Assembly (NCBI RefSeq): GCF_001194135.2
Contig: NC_068982.1
Coordinates: 45,122,256 to 45,186,255, forward strand
DNA from: Octopus bimaculoides
Taxonomy: Eukaryota
Reading direction: 5' to 3'
Length of the DNA stretch: 64,000 nucleotides
Positions 13,347-25,189 of this stretch are shown here, piece after piece. The notes beneath the pieces were generated by a model. It was not told where the DNA came from and did not search any database. It saw only the letters and a list, made by a program, of their open reading frames with translations. Made by a program: the position numbers and the translations under genes. Position 1 is the stretch's first letter. Every line of letters begins with the position of its first letter.

Positions 13347-14576
13347 ATGTGTATGTATTTTCAGCATTAGATAGTGTACAAACAGAGCAGACCTTTTTTC
13401 AAACCTAGCACCCAATACTTAATCTCATGAGCTCAGTAAGCTCAGGCATTTACTGCATAATTAAAAAAGTTCACTTCACAATGATGTTTGTGTTCAGTCC
13501 CATTGTTCAGTCTGAGTGCTTGTTATTATTACCATTCTTTCAGTTTCCATCTGCCAAATCCACTTACAAAGTTTTGGTTAGCTTGGAGCTATAGAAGACC
13601 AAAGTACCACAAGTGAAACTGAACCAGGGACCATGTGGTTGGGAAGCAAACTTTTAAGTACACAGCCACACAATCTCTTTTGCTGTTTATTTTTCAGGGT
13701 TGACCGATTAGGAAAATTATAAGCACATCAGATTAGGTCCGTTTTGGTAGTAGTTCCAGCTCTTTATGCTCTGAGTTCAAATCCCACCATAGCTTATTTG
13801 GCTAGTCGACTTAATCTGTTACCTGGCTTAACACCACTATCTAGCAACTTGGATACCTTTAGCAGTCTACTCTGTTGTAAATATTTTCTCCCTCTCTCTC
13901 ACCAGTCTCTGAGACCTTGTAAAGGGTCATGGGCACTGCCTTTTCTCTTGACTAAAAAATAAAAAAAAAATTGCTCTCTTCAATTACTGCTAGGTTTTTG
14001 TTAACTTTCTCTAGCTAAGAAATATCAATGACCACAAAAAACTTTTGCATATGTCATTCAGTACATCACCCCTAAAATCATTTTCCACCTAAATTTTATT
14101 GCAAAAATAGCAAATGGATTTTTATGGCTATCATCATTGGCTCCTCTTTACCCTTGAAGTAGATTACCAGTGATCCAACTGACCTGCAATCAAAAAAGTC
14201 CAGCTGTGACCATGGTCCGTCTCAGATTACTTCATTTAATGTTTCTTTCTCTCTTACAACTGTAGAACATGATATGAATAGAAGTTATCTGACTGCTATT
14301 TCTTTCAAGGCAATTGACCACAAAGTGATTCCCTTATTAGTTCATTCCTTCTAAGTTGATGCTGCTGTTGTTTAGCTACAAGTCAATACTGATTGACCAA
14401 ACCTAATCTGCAATCATGGGTGCTGAAGCCATAATCATATCTTTCAGATGGGCTGGCTGAGTAGTCTATGCCAGATGAAACAACACCTTATGGTATTTGT
14501 TCCAGCTCTCAGTTCAAATCTAGCCAATGTCAACTTTGCCTTTCATTCTTTCAGGGTCTATAAAAAAAAAAGTAAC

Positions 14577-14978
14577 AGGAGTGGCTGTGTGGTAAGTAGC
14601 TTGCTTACCAACCACACGATTCCGGGTTCATTCCCACTGTGTGGCACCTTGGGCAAGTGTCTTCTACTATAGCCTCGGGCCGACCAAAGCCTTGTGAGTG
14701 GATTTGGTAGACGGAAACTGAAAGAAGCCCGTCGTGTATATATATATATATGTATGTGTGTGTATATGTTTGAATGTCTGAGTTTGTCCCCCCAACATCG
14801 CTTGACAACCGATGGTGGTGTGTTTACGTCCACGTAACTTAGCAGTTCGGCAAAAGAGACCGATAGAATAAGTACTAGGCTTACAAAGAATAAGTCCTGG
14901 GGTCGATTTGCTCGACTAAAGGCGGTGCTCCAGCATGGCCACAGTCAAATGAATGAAACAAGTAAAAGAGTAAAAAGA
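14577..14978 (+). mobile_element. SINE family A, full length, young
   Basis: Intact head, CpGs and tail. Confidence 0.92.
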
Positions 14979-16368
14979 GAATCTAGATTGATGGATTGGC
15001 AGAATTGTAAGAATGTCAGACTTGACTACCTTGTGGTATTTGTCCTACTCTTTGCATTTAGAATTTAAATCTTACCACTGTTCACATGACCACTTAATCG
15101 GTCGCCCAAATTAACACCACACCCTGGCGTCTTAGGTGCTTTAAGTAGAATCTATCTCTGTTCAAGTCAGGTCTCTAATTTAAAGACATCTCCCTTCCCT
15201 CCCTTTTACCATTTTTAAAGCCCACAGAGCTGGCTTGCTTTCTAATTGAAAGATAAAATATAAAAAAAAAACTATATGAACAAATGTCTTTTTCCCTCTG
15301 GAACAGTAGGATGTGTAATTAAGGAGACTCGGCTGCTATTTCTAGCACGTCATGCAACCACAAGAAAGTTCACACCAATGCCCCCACTCCTTGAACTTGT
15401 TTGTATAGATTACAATTTCAGTAATTACAACAATATATACCAGTATAGTAAAGAAAGCGATGGCGTTTTTTTTTGTTTTTTTTTCTCACACTATACTCCA
15501 TGCATTAAATATGTTAACACTAAATTAACTATACACACACACACAAGTATATAGCTAATGCTTTTCACATGATGTCATACTACTACAAATGCAACAGCCC
15601 ATTCATAAAACATGAGGCTAGCAAATACTAATTACTATTCTATACTATTTATAGAAATACTATTTTAACTTCACCTTCTTTACTTTCGCTCTACGAATTA
15701 AGAGAAGAAAAAAAGAGATGCATTGGGAAAATATAGTCCTAGGTTCCTAGCTGAAATACTTTTGATCAAAGATCAGCTCAATCAGGGTATTTCTTCTCAA
15801 ATTTAGTACTCTGAGATGAAATCTCATTGAGGACACCCATGCCTTTCATCCTTTTGGAAGTCCAAAAAAAAAACTACAAATCCAGAAAGGCAGACTGGCA
15901 GAGCTGCAATTATGTCTGACCGGTAATAAAGTCACAATTAATTTATTGGATCCGAACAACCCCCATCGCTAGGACAAAACCATCACGGACATCCCCACCA
16001 CCACAGGACAAAACCCCTGCGACTTTTTTTTATTTGGATTCGTCCCTAGTAGTATTTATTCCAGTTCTGCACATTCTGAGTTCAAATCTCACTATGGCCT
16101 ACTTGAGTGGCCTTAATCTGTTGCATGCCTTAACCCTTTAGCAATCACATTATTTTGTCAAAAGTAATGGTTATTTATTCACACTGTTTTGAATTGGTCA
16201 TGCATCATTTTGTAGCCGAAAGCGGCAAGGTAGCAGAATTGTAAGCATGCCGGACGAAATGCTTAGCAGTATTTCGCCCGTTGCTACAGTTGAACACTGT
16301 GTCGATGTAATCGACTCGTTCCCTCCTCCAAAGTTGCTGCACTTGAGGCAAAATTTGGAACTATTATT

Positions 16369-16802
16369 GGATCTATTTCAAAACGGGGCACCAGTTTTCA
16401 TTTATGTTTTATGTAGTGTTTTTGGTACCGAAAGACTTTCAAACTTCGTATACTTATCTATTTTGTGTTATAGAACAGAAAAAAAATTTTGTATTCGAAT
16501 TTATTTCATGTAAAAAATTGTCTTATTTCGATAATTTCTACTAATCACTGACGTCTATTCAGTTGAAAACAGTTAGCGCTGTAACGGTGTATATCGTATT
16601 AATCCCCTAACCCTAACTAGACTGTTAACCCTAAAACCCTAACCCTAACTCTAGAATCCGAACTCTAAAATTGTTACACACATAGATACGCACAGCGAAG
16701 ACTAAGAGTAAAAGATGTTTTATATGACACATTCTACCAGTATCCCAAGTTTCAAAGTGTTTCGTTAAGAAAATACTGGTGCCCCCGTTTTGAAATAGAT
16801 CC
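16369..16802. mobile_element. GG-terminal MITE with 8 bp TSD and (TAACCC)n core (Merlin- or MULE-like)
   Basis: About 27 bp TIR GGATCTATTTCAAAACGGGG(G)CACCAGT. Exact TSD CTATTATT at 16361-16368 and 16803-16810. ccctaaccctaac motifs at about 16603-16650. Confidence 0.85.
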
Positions 16803-16899
16803 CTATTATTTTGTAGTTTTGAGATTTTGAGAAGCCAGATCTGACGAGTGTGAGCATAAAACGTAGAATATTACATATTTCTGGGCGAAATAACATAGC

Positions 16900-17180
16900 A
16901 ACCAAACGAGCATCTCAGTAGTTGGTCAACCTGCAACAAAAAGGCGACTAAATTGCTCTCAAACCACAACCACCAACTTGAAAATAGAAATTCATGATTT
17001 GGATAGCAGTCATGGACACATTGTCTAAAAGTAAAATGTGATGGGTCATGTTAAGAATGCTTTGATCATAGAGCTACTCAGTCAGAGCTATACTGAGGAG
17101 AAGCAACAACCAAGAGAATCTCTATGATTAATCAACATATTAAAAATAGCAGTTAAACCTTCCTTAATTTACCCCACAGT
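16900..17180. repeat. Dispersed repeat family F (ctagaaatagcagcc / gaatgcctttgatcatagg type), class unknown
   Basis: Related decayed segments at about 8460-8530, 14185-14420, 18760-19270, 40900-40990 and 41270-41330. Confidence 0.5.
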
Positions 17181-17904
17181 TAACATGCAGTTTACCGTCG
17201 TAAAAAAGTGAAAGTATATCGCGACAGAAGTCATAAGTAACAATATAGACATCTCATAATTTCATGTAAACACTGTATGACTTAACTTAACCCATGTATA
17301 GAACCTACATAATTTCGTTCTTCGGGTAGTTTCTTACCCACATGTGCACTAGTTGAATTTATTATTAGTAGAGTCAAATAGGTGTTTTCAAAAAAGAGCA
17401 TTGGCATGTGTAGTCTAAGTGAATCCACAAGAACAACGCCACCGCTTCCCGCCAGTTCTTTCTATATGGTTCATTAATCGTACAGGATTATTGCATTGCT
17501 TACATGTAACTGTACTGGCTATTATGCATTAACATAAAAGCCACCAAAGTGCCTTCTCAGCAATGTTCATTACTGGGTATAGTACGTTGAAACGGCGTAC
17601 CTCAACTGCTATTTCTAAAATATTTAACATCATTAAAAGGTGACATGGTGAAGGAGTACTTTATGTTCTTTCTATGAAATTTTTGTATATCAATGCTGTC
17701 ACTTCCGGTTTCTATCGCAATTTTTTTTTTTTAAATTTTTTTTAAGGATAATTATCTTTCACTTTTAAAAGGCGGCAAACTGCATGTTAACCATCACATT
17801 CTACGCTCTTAAAACATTGGATAGTATATACAAGACTGATAACAAAAACGGGGAGGGGTGTCATGGCTGGAATTTATTTCATCATGGTTGCTCAACCGGT
17901 TGTT

Positions 17905-18262
17905 GGCATTCCGTCGCTTACGACGTCGAGGGTTCCAGTTGATCCGATCAACGGAACAGCCTGCTCGTGAAATTAACGTGCAAGTGGCTGAGCACTCCAC
18001 AGACACGTGTACCCTTAACGTAGTTCTCGGGGATATCCAGCGTGACAAGGCTGGCCCTTTGAAATACAGGTACAACAGAAACAGGAAGAAAGAGTGAGAG
18101 AAAGTTGTGGTGGAAGAGTACAGCAGGGTTCGCCACCATCCCCTGCCGGAGCCTCGTGGAGCTTTATGTGTTTTCGCTCAATAAACACTCACAACGCCCG
18201 GTTTGGGAATCGAAACCGCGAGTCCGCTGCCCTGGGCCATTGCGCCTCCACACGCTCAATCG
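17905..18262 (-). mobile_element. tRNA-headed SINE family D, CpG-intact copy
   Basis: 3' body gtggagtgctcagccacttgcacgttaatttcacgagcaggctgttccg is shared with 25190-25495, 60870-61160 and the fragment at 56575-56760. Confidence 0.85.
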
Positions 18263-18904
18263 CTAGAAAACAAGAAAATAACATTTCTCTCTATATATGT
18301 CACACACGCGCGCAAATATATGAGACGATGGATGGCACGGGCATCTACGGTACTTGGTAGTTAAGAAATATGATCTTGAATTTGCAGGACATCAACCAGC
18401 GACTCAAAACATGAACTCTGAAATCCTATATAAGCAGACGAGAAGTTTCAAAAATTCAATGTTTTCAGACTGCACTAAGAGACAAGTGTAGAAATACTTT
18501 CACAAGAAAAGTTCTTACAAAACATACACTGTCACCAAAATAATCAGAAGGAAGAATACGAAAACCACACCACAGTAACTAAGTAACACAAGTGTTCTGA
18601 CAGGACTTCCCAAAACATAAGAGGTGGACTTGTCTCAATAGCAACAAGTAGAGTATCTGACCAAACAAGGTGGTGCTGGTCAGATTGGTTAGAGTTAGGA
18701 AGTGTTCGCAGAGGAATGAACAACTATGGTGTGTGTGCGCATGCGTAAGTAAGGGAGTTGGTGTAAATTCCCAGCATTTATGTTGCCTGCTGGGATTGAC
18801 AAATTTCCCTTAAATTATACCCTATTGTTAACTAAAAAAATGGATAATGTAATCCTAGATCTGGGTTCCTTACACGTGGTGGTCACGGGTGAAATGCCTT
18901 AAGT

Positions 18905-19212
18905 CAGCAGTCACCAACCTTTTTTGACCGGTTTCGTGCAAGAATTTATCCACGAGCCGCATAAGAAAACCAAATAAAGTACATATATAATTTAATTATT
19001 ACATATGGCATACCTACACAAGTATGACCCACCCTGAGCGTCAGGGGTGGCACAATTGTGTAGGTAAGCCATTACATATATAAAATATATTTTATGCAAA
19101 AATACACGGCAGACTGCGAATTTCAATGAAATAGAAGTAAAATTTTTAAATTTATTCTTTTCATTGCGGTCCGGTATCAAATGATCCACCGTCCGGTGTT
19201 TGGGAACCTCAG
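18905..19212. mobile_element. hAT-type MITE nested in an older repeat
   Basis: Ends CAGCAGTCACCAACC ... GTTTGGGAACCTCAG. 8 bp TSD cctTAagt / cttTAagt (7/8). Confidence 0.8.
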
Positions 19213-20546
19213 CTTTAAGTAATAAGTCCACATGGCCAGATCTGACCTGGGGTTAAACAACAAGAGACAAATAGTACAATAATGCCAGTATTATTCTCCT
19301 CGTTTGTACGTCTCCCTAATGAATTAATTTAATCGCCAATCTATTTTATTGGGGCGACAAATAAAAAGAATTTTAATGCTTTCGTTTCTCACAGCGAAAG
19401 TTAAGGTGAAGGCTGCGTTGAAATAATTGGATTTATGTAAGATAACAAGAAGAACAAAATGAAACAAAGTAAGAAAGCTGCAATGTTTATATAACAGAAA
19501 GGAGGGATACACGTGACAGGAGATAGTTGTAGCTCGCATCTTACTGTTCTCAATTGAAATCTTTCTGGGATCGATATAAAACAGTTTTAAACTGAATCAG
19601 TTCGATACTTTCTCTGCATTACAAAACCTTACTTTAGTAAATATTAACTCATTTGGTAATTCTCCAATACACACATACACGTGTGTGTGGATAAAGTCGT
19701 GACCTGGATTATTTATGGGTAAGTAAAGTAATTCGTGACCGTCCCATCTTTGGAGGAGGTAAAGAATACGCACACCACCCGTTTTCGGTGTAACAAAAAC
19801 CCTAACCCTAAACACCGGATGTGCGTTATTCTTTACCTTCGTCCCATCTTTTCCTATGAGCCAAGAAACAGTCTACACTATCCAACAGAGATTCCGGCAA
19901 TCACTGGCGAGACAGGTGCCAACGTAGTGCTATGTTTTCGTTTGGATAACTTTGGTAACCTACGATAGAAAATATAAGGCACTCGGGTAAACCAGAATCT
20001 CGCCTATTTAAAGTTTTAATTGCATACCACCATGTAAACAGATACGTGTGTAAGCTACTCATATATTGCATCACACTTGAATAACATCGCTTAAAAAGTC
20101 TCTTAGGAAAAACTTTCGCTCCACGGACCAACTATAGAGTCTCTCTGCTGTCGTCCGGTCTGCTGGAAATAACACCAAAATTTCCATCAAACTACATCCA
20201 ACTCTCTTAAACAGAGAATGTTACAATGAATGTAGTTCCCGGTAGACAAAAACTACTGCAACGCTTTGATCAGGGATGCCTAGAGGATTTACAACAGCAA
20301 CCTGAAGCTTCACACCCTAGTATAAAAGTGTGTGTTGGATGTGAATCTAAAATATAAAGAAAAAACACTGAACATTTGAATGAATGATGCGTTCGATAAG
20401 TTTGGGTATGAAACGCACAAGCTCTTTGCCATACGCGTGTGTCTATAACTGTATTAACATAGGCAAATAAACACTAGATCACATAAAACACACATATATA
20501 CATACGCACACACCTAAATTAGAGTTCTTTTAAAATGACAAATATA

Positions 20547-20581
<35 letters not shown>

Positions 20582-21809
20582 TGTCCCCCCAACATCGCTT
20601 GACAACCGATGCTGGTGTGTTTAGGTCCCCGTAATTTAGCGGTTCGGCAAAAAGAGATCGATAGAATAAGTACTAGGCTTACAAAGAATAAGTCCTGGGG
20701 TCGATTTGATTCGATTAAAGGCGGTGCTCCAGCATGGCCGCAGTCAAATGACTGAAACAAGTAAAAGAATATATATGTATGTGTATATATATATTCACAC
20801 ACACACATTTTTAAAAGCATCAATAGAAAAGTTGTCTGTAAACTAGAGAACGAATACCAAAATATCTGTAATTCCAACTTGTCTGCCAATCTCCTTAGTT
20901 GTTAATAAACAGTCTGGCATCAGGAACGAAGGAAATACATTTTCCATGTCTTTTTCTTGTTTAATCAAGACCCCACCCCCTCCACTATAGTCACTGTCCC
21001 TCTTTGTAATCGAGTGAATAGAAATTCCGTACAGAATGTTCCCGTTTTTATTAACTAAAACTCCCTTCCACGACCAACCAGGTTGTATATTTAACAAACT
21101 GAAGGTGAAATAGTAGACAGAAATGTGCAAATGATTACGAGTACAGTGAGGGTGTGGTGTATGTATACATATATATATATATATATAATAAATCTCTGTG
21201 TGGTTTCCCTGGTTTTTGCGATTAACGCTTCATTTACGTTTCTTTAATAATTTAATTTCGTTTAGGAGTGACCTTGAGAGAGGCATACACACCACAACTG
21301 CATCCCCGAATTCATTCTAAACTAACATAACTAACTCTAAACCATTGTTATTGTTAATCAATTATATTCCTGGTAAGGGCGTTCTGTAAAACGGGACACA
21401 AACATTTCGCCATGCCACAAAAGTATAAGCCGTCCTTATCATCCTGTTTGTTATTTATACTGTTGTGATCGTTGTTACGGAAACTAACCACCACTATCAT
21501 CATCGACAACACTAACACTATAAATAAATTTAATTAATTAAAAAAAAGAGAGACAGCTTTCTCAATAGTGTAAGCCATCCTTATTATCATGCTTGTTATT
21601 TATACCGTTGTTATCGTTACGGACACTAACCATCACCATCATCACTAACACTTCAAATAAAACCATGGAGCATGATCTCACTTATATCTAAGCCATAAAA
21701 AGCGATGAGACAGAGGATAAAGATAAAACAAAAGTACTTTTTCTGCATAGAATACATCAAGTATAAACTAAAAGCAAAGCACACGCAAAAGAAAAACAAT
21801 AAATCTTAC

Positions 21810-21917
21810 GTAGGCAATGGATATTCCATGAAGTTATTGTGACAACTGTCTGCGAGCTCCATCAATGGAAATAAGTTATATTCAAATTGCAAAAGTAAAA
21901 TTGTTTCATAACTGACT
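21810..21917 (-). CDS. Candidate alternative ACC coding exon (108 nt, phase 2-2)
   Basis: Acceptor tgttttctctctccaaAG|, donor CCT AC|GTAAGA. Open frame VSYETILLLQFEYNLFPLMELADSCHNNFMEYPLP(T), in frame with exon 970. Prediction only. Confidence 0.4.
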
Positions 21918-24900
21918 CTTTGGAGAGAGAAAACAATCTATGTTCTGATAAAACACTGTTTCTGGTTTCGGGAAAGTTATCAAAGTGGAGCGAATGGGTG
22001 GATTCTATACGAGATTTTGAATGTGTGTAAAAAAAAAATAATAACGAGAGGGACGGCAGAGATTTAGGAGCGGGAATGATCGACGAGAGGAAAGTGAGGT
22101 ACAGTGTTCGTCTTACGTGGTTATCCTTACTTCCAGGCCAATCCCCAACAATACAGTTCGACAGCTCATTTTAGAAGTTTCCTAAGATAAAGAATGAGCT
22201 GTAACAACACTAAGGAAAGAAAGAACGAGACCTGAAATAAATATTTGATAGCAAAACTTAAATATAGAGAGAGAAGGTAGGAAGAGAAAGAGGAAAAGGT
22301 TGAATAGAATGAGTAAGAGTGTAGAAAGATAGAAAGAGAAAATGAGTTGAGAGAGAGAGCGAGATTAATTGAAAGCGAGTAAGTAGAGAAAAAAGACAAG
22401 CTGAAAAAAAAAAAATAATAATGAGGGCGCACAAAATAAATTATTGACAGTGAAAAAAAAATGTAATTTCAGTTGATTCTAATAATTAATTTTCTTTTTT
22501 TTTTGCGCCATATATTGATCGTTTTTTTTTTTAAATAATGTAGAACTACCAACAAATTAAACAAATAAAATAGATATCTAATTACTTCAAATCTCCCAAG
22601 TTGTGGAAATAGTAATTTGTGGTACTCAGTCCTACCACTGAAATCAAAACTTCGTTAATTAGGAACTTACCATTAATCACAATCCCACTCAAGTGTTACA
22701 TATCAGTAAAATGATATAAATCCAGAAAAATGTTTCATTCAACAACCACCAGGCTACATCTTCAATTCGAGATGTTTCCATGGTTATTAATGCTATATGT
22801 TAATATTAATTATCACAAGATCCACAGAACTGGCCAAGCAAGTAGAAAGCTAGAATGAATGTATTACTATGCAGAGTTTGTAGTTCCCTACTATTCTGGG
22901 TGCAAATCTTACAGGAATTGACTGTCATTCATCCTTCCAGTGACCCATAATTTGCTGGATTCAATTCAACCAATTTTACTCCATCTTCTTGCAAATAAAG
23001 ACTTGTTTCCAGGTTAAAGAAACCATTAATCAAACACGACTGTTTTTAAATGATTGCTTATTAACTGTCCTTCAATAAGCATGAAGACTGTTAAACTTAA
23101 CCATTCCATTTCAGCATTCTTTAGTAATAACTGTTCGTACTTTCCAACTGTCGGGAAGAAATCACCACATCTAAAATACTTGTCAACAAAAGGCTGTAGA
23201 TGCAACATTTACCTCTTTCTCTCATACAACACACACACACACACACACACACAGTATAGTACATAAAAATACAGCTAGCTTAAGAATTAATGCATAAAGG
23301 TCACTGCTATCAGCTAAATACAGATAGCAAATCAAATTGGGAGTAAAGCAGATTATAGAAATACAACTGAATACACCTATAATGTAGACAATTTATTATT
23401 AAATATTATTAATAATGATAAATCAAAGCAACAGCTGTGGCCAAGACAATAAAGTACGAGGTATAATACTTTACAATATTTAGTCTAGTACCTTACTATC
23501 CTGATATCAAAACTCCTCAAGGTAATTTTTACTTTCATCCCTCAGTTGCCAGTAATATACTAAGATCAGTTCAATGACCAACCAATGGTTATGGTGAGTA
23601 CAGTAAGTTGGGCTGGAAAGGTATCGCTGAAGACTTAATCTTCTACTTGTGTATCTAAAAGTAACCTTATTGAAACTACCCTGCCCCCTCCCCCTTTAAG
23701 CCGTTCCCTCATGAGGATTTAAACACAGCACTGTAAGCCAATTAAATATTTGCCAAATCAGATACTAAAATAATTACTTAACTAGATATGAAAAAGGTGT
23801 AATTGATTAAATCAACTGAAGACTATTACTATTAATTATTTTATCCACTCTGGGGTGAATAGAAGACAGAGATGGCCCAGATATGATGCACCACCAGTGA
23901 GATAAATTAGTATTTAACTTAGAAAAACTCCAGATTGATTGAAGTAAGCAAATTAAATCATGTAAAGAAGACATTAATGAAGTGAAATTACTGTAGCTGG
24001 GATTCAAAATCACACCAGATTCACTTGCAGACATCCTACAGACATGCTGCCTCATATCTTCTACCTTTTCCATTGCTACTATAATAGCCTGTTTCTTGGA
24101 GTTGGCAAGTTTTGAACCTCCTCCTCCTAGGCACGTCTAACTCATCTCTCCGCCTCTTATTAACCATGTTATGTCCACTCACCCACCGAGCCCACACTAA
24201 TCACTATACCCGGTTCCTCTTTCCTAGAACATTACTACCTGCAATCTTTTCTTTGCTCTCGTGTCTTTCCTGCAGATGTCAACTTGTAGCATTTTTAAAC
24301 AGAATGGTATTAACCTCACCAGTCTCAGTGGACATGCAATGACCATGACTACTGACCCAGCAAGTACAAAAAAAAAGGACCATAAATGCACATGAAGGAA
24401 TTATAGTCAGTTGATCTTTATCCCAATACATGACTGATAAAAGAAAATTAAATTGAATTCAACATTATTAACTCAACAAACACTTACTGTATTTTCCAGC
24501 ATACATGTCAAACTTTTCAGACCTAAATTTATAGCCAAAAACAGTAGGTCAGAAGACCAAAAATATCATGTGGAATGCAGCAGGATTTGGAAAGGGACGA
24601 AGTTTGAATGTTTACACTACATACTATTATCAACTTGTGTATCAGAAAATATGGTATGAATGATTTTAAAATGATATGAAAATTAATGGTGCAATAATAT
24701 GTTGTATACAGAACTAAACTGTAGTGTCAGTAAAAGATGCATGAGATGGAAATAAAGAAGAAAAAAGCTTGAAAGTTTAAAAAAATGAAGATGATGTTTA
24801 TGATGTGAGGTTGAATTTCCTTCTTTCAGTAAGAAATGTAGGTCTTGGAAATCAAATTGCCAATTATTACTATTTCTGATATGACAGACAAATTAGTTGT

Positions 24901-25189
24901 ATAGATAATTATGGAGTAGGTCACTCTTTTGAAGAGTAAAAATATAGACTGACAAGAAAGAACATGTGAAACTAGAGGTATTAAGGCTTGTATGCATAAG
25001 TATAGAGCATCATAAAACTAATTACATAGAAGGTAATTACTGTATTTTATGACATAAAAGACTCACAGGCATATAAAATGCACCCCAATTTCAGCTACAG
25101 ACATTCAGTAGAAAAGTTTTTAATGCATTACAGCATATAATATTTAAAGCAATTTAGTAGTGCTTTACAAGACATTACAAAAGTGAAGG

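Noticed and set aside
16600-16650. Telomere-like TAACCC/TTAGGG runs (also 19797, 29450, 39800)
   Set aside because: Not chromosome ends or fusion scars; each is short and sits inside an inverted-repeat element.
20843-21130. 95 aa minus-strand ORF inside the CpG island
   Set aside because: An acceptor-like site exists near 21100 but no good donor or homology; not counted as an ACC exon.
23807-24260. 88 aa minus-strand ORF with KLNTN...SGP...IHPRV, faintly like a CR1/L2 RT leader
   Set aside because: Similarity too weak to call and no phase-compatible splice sites for ACC.
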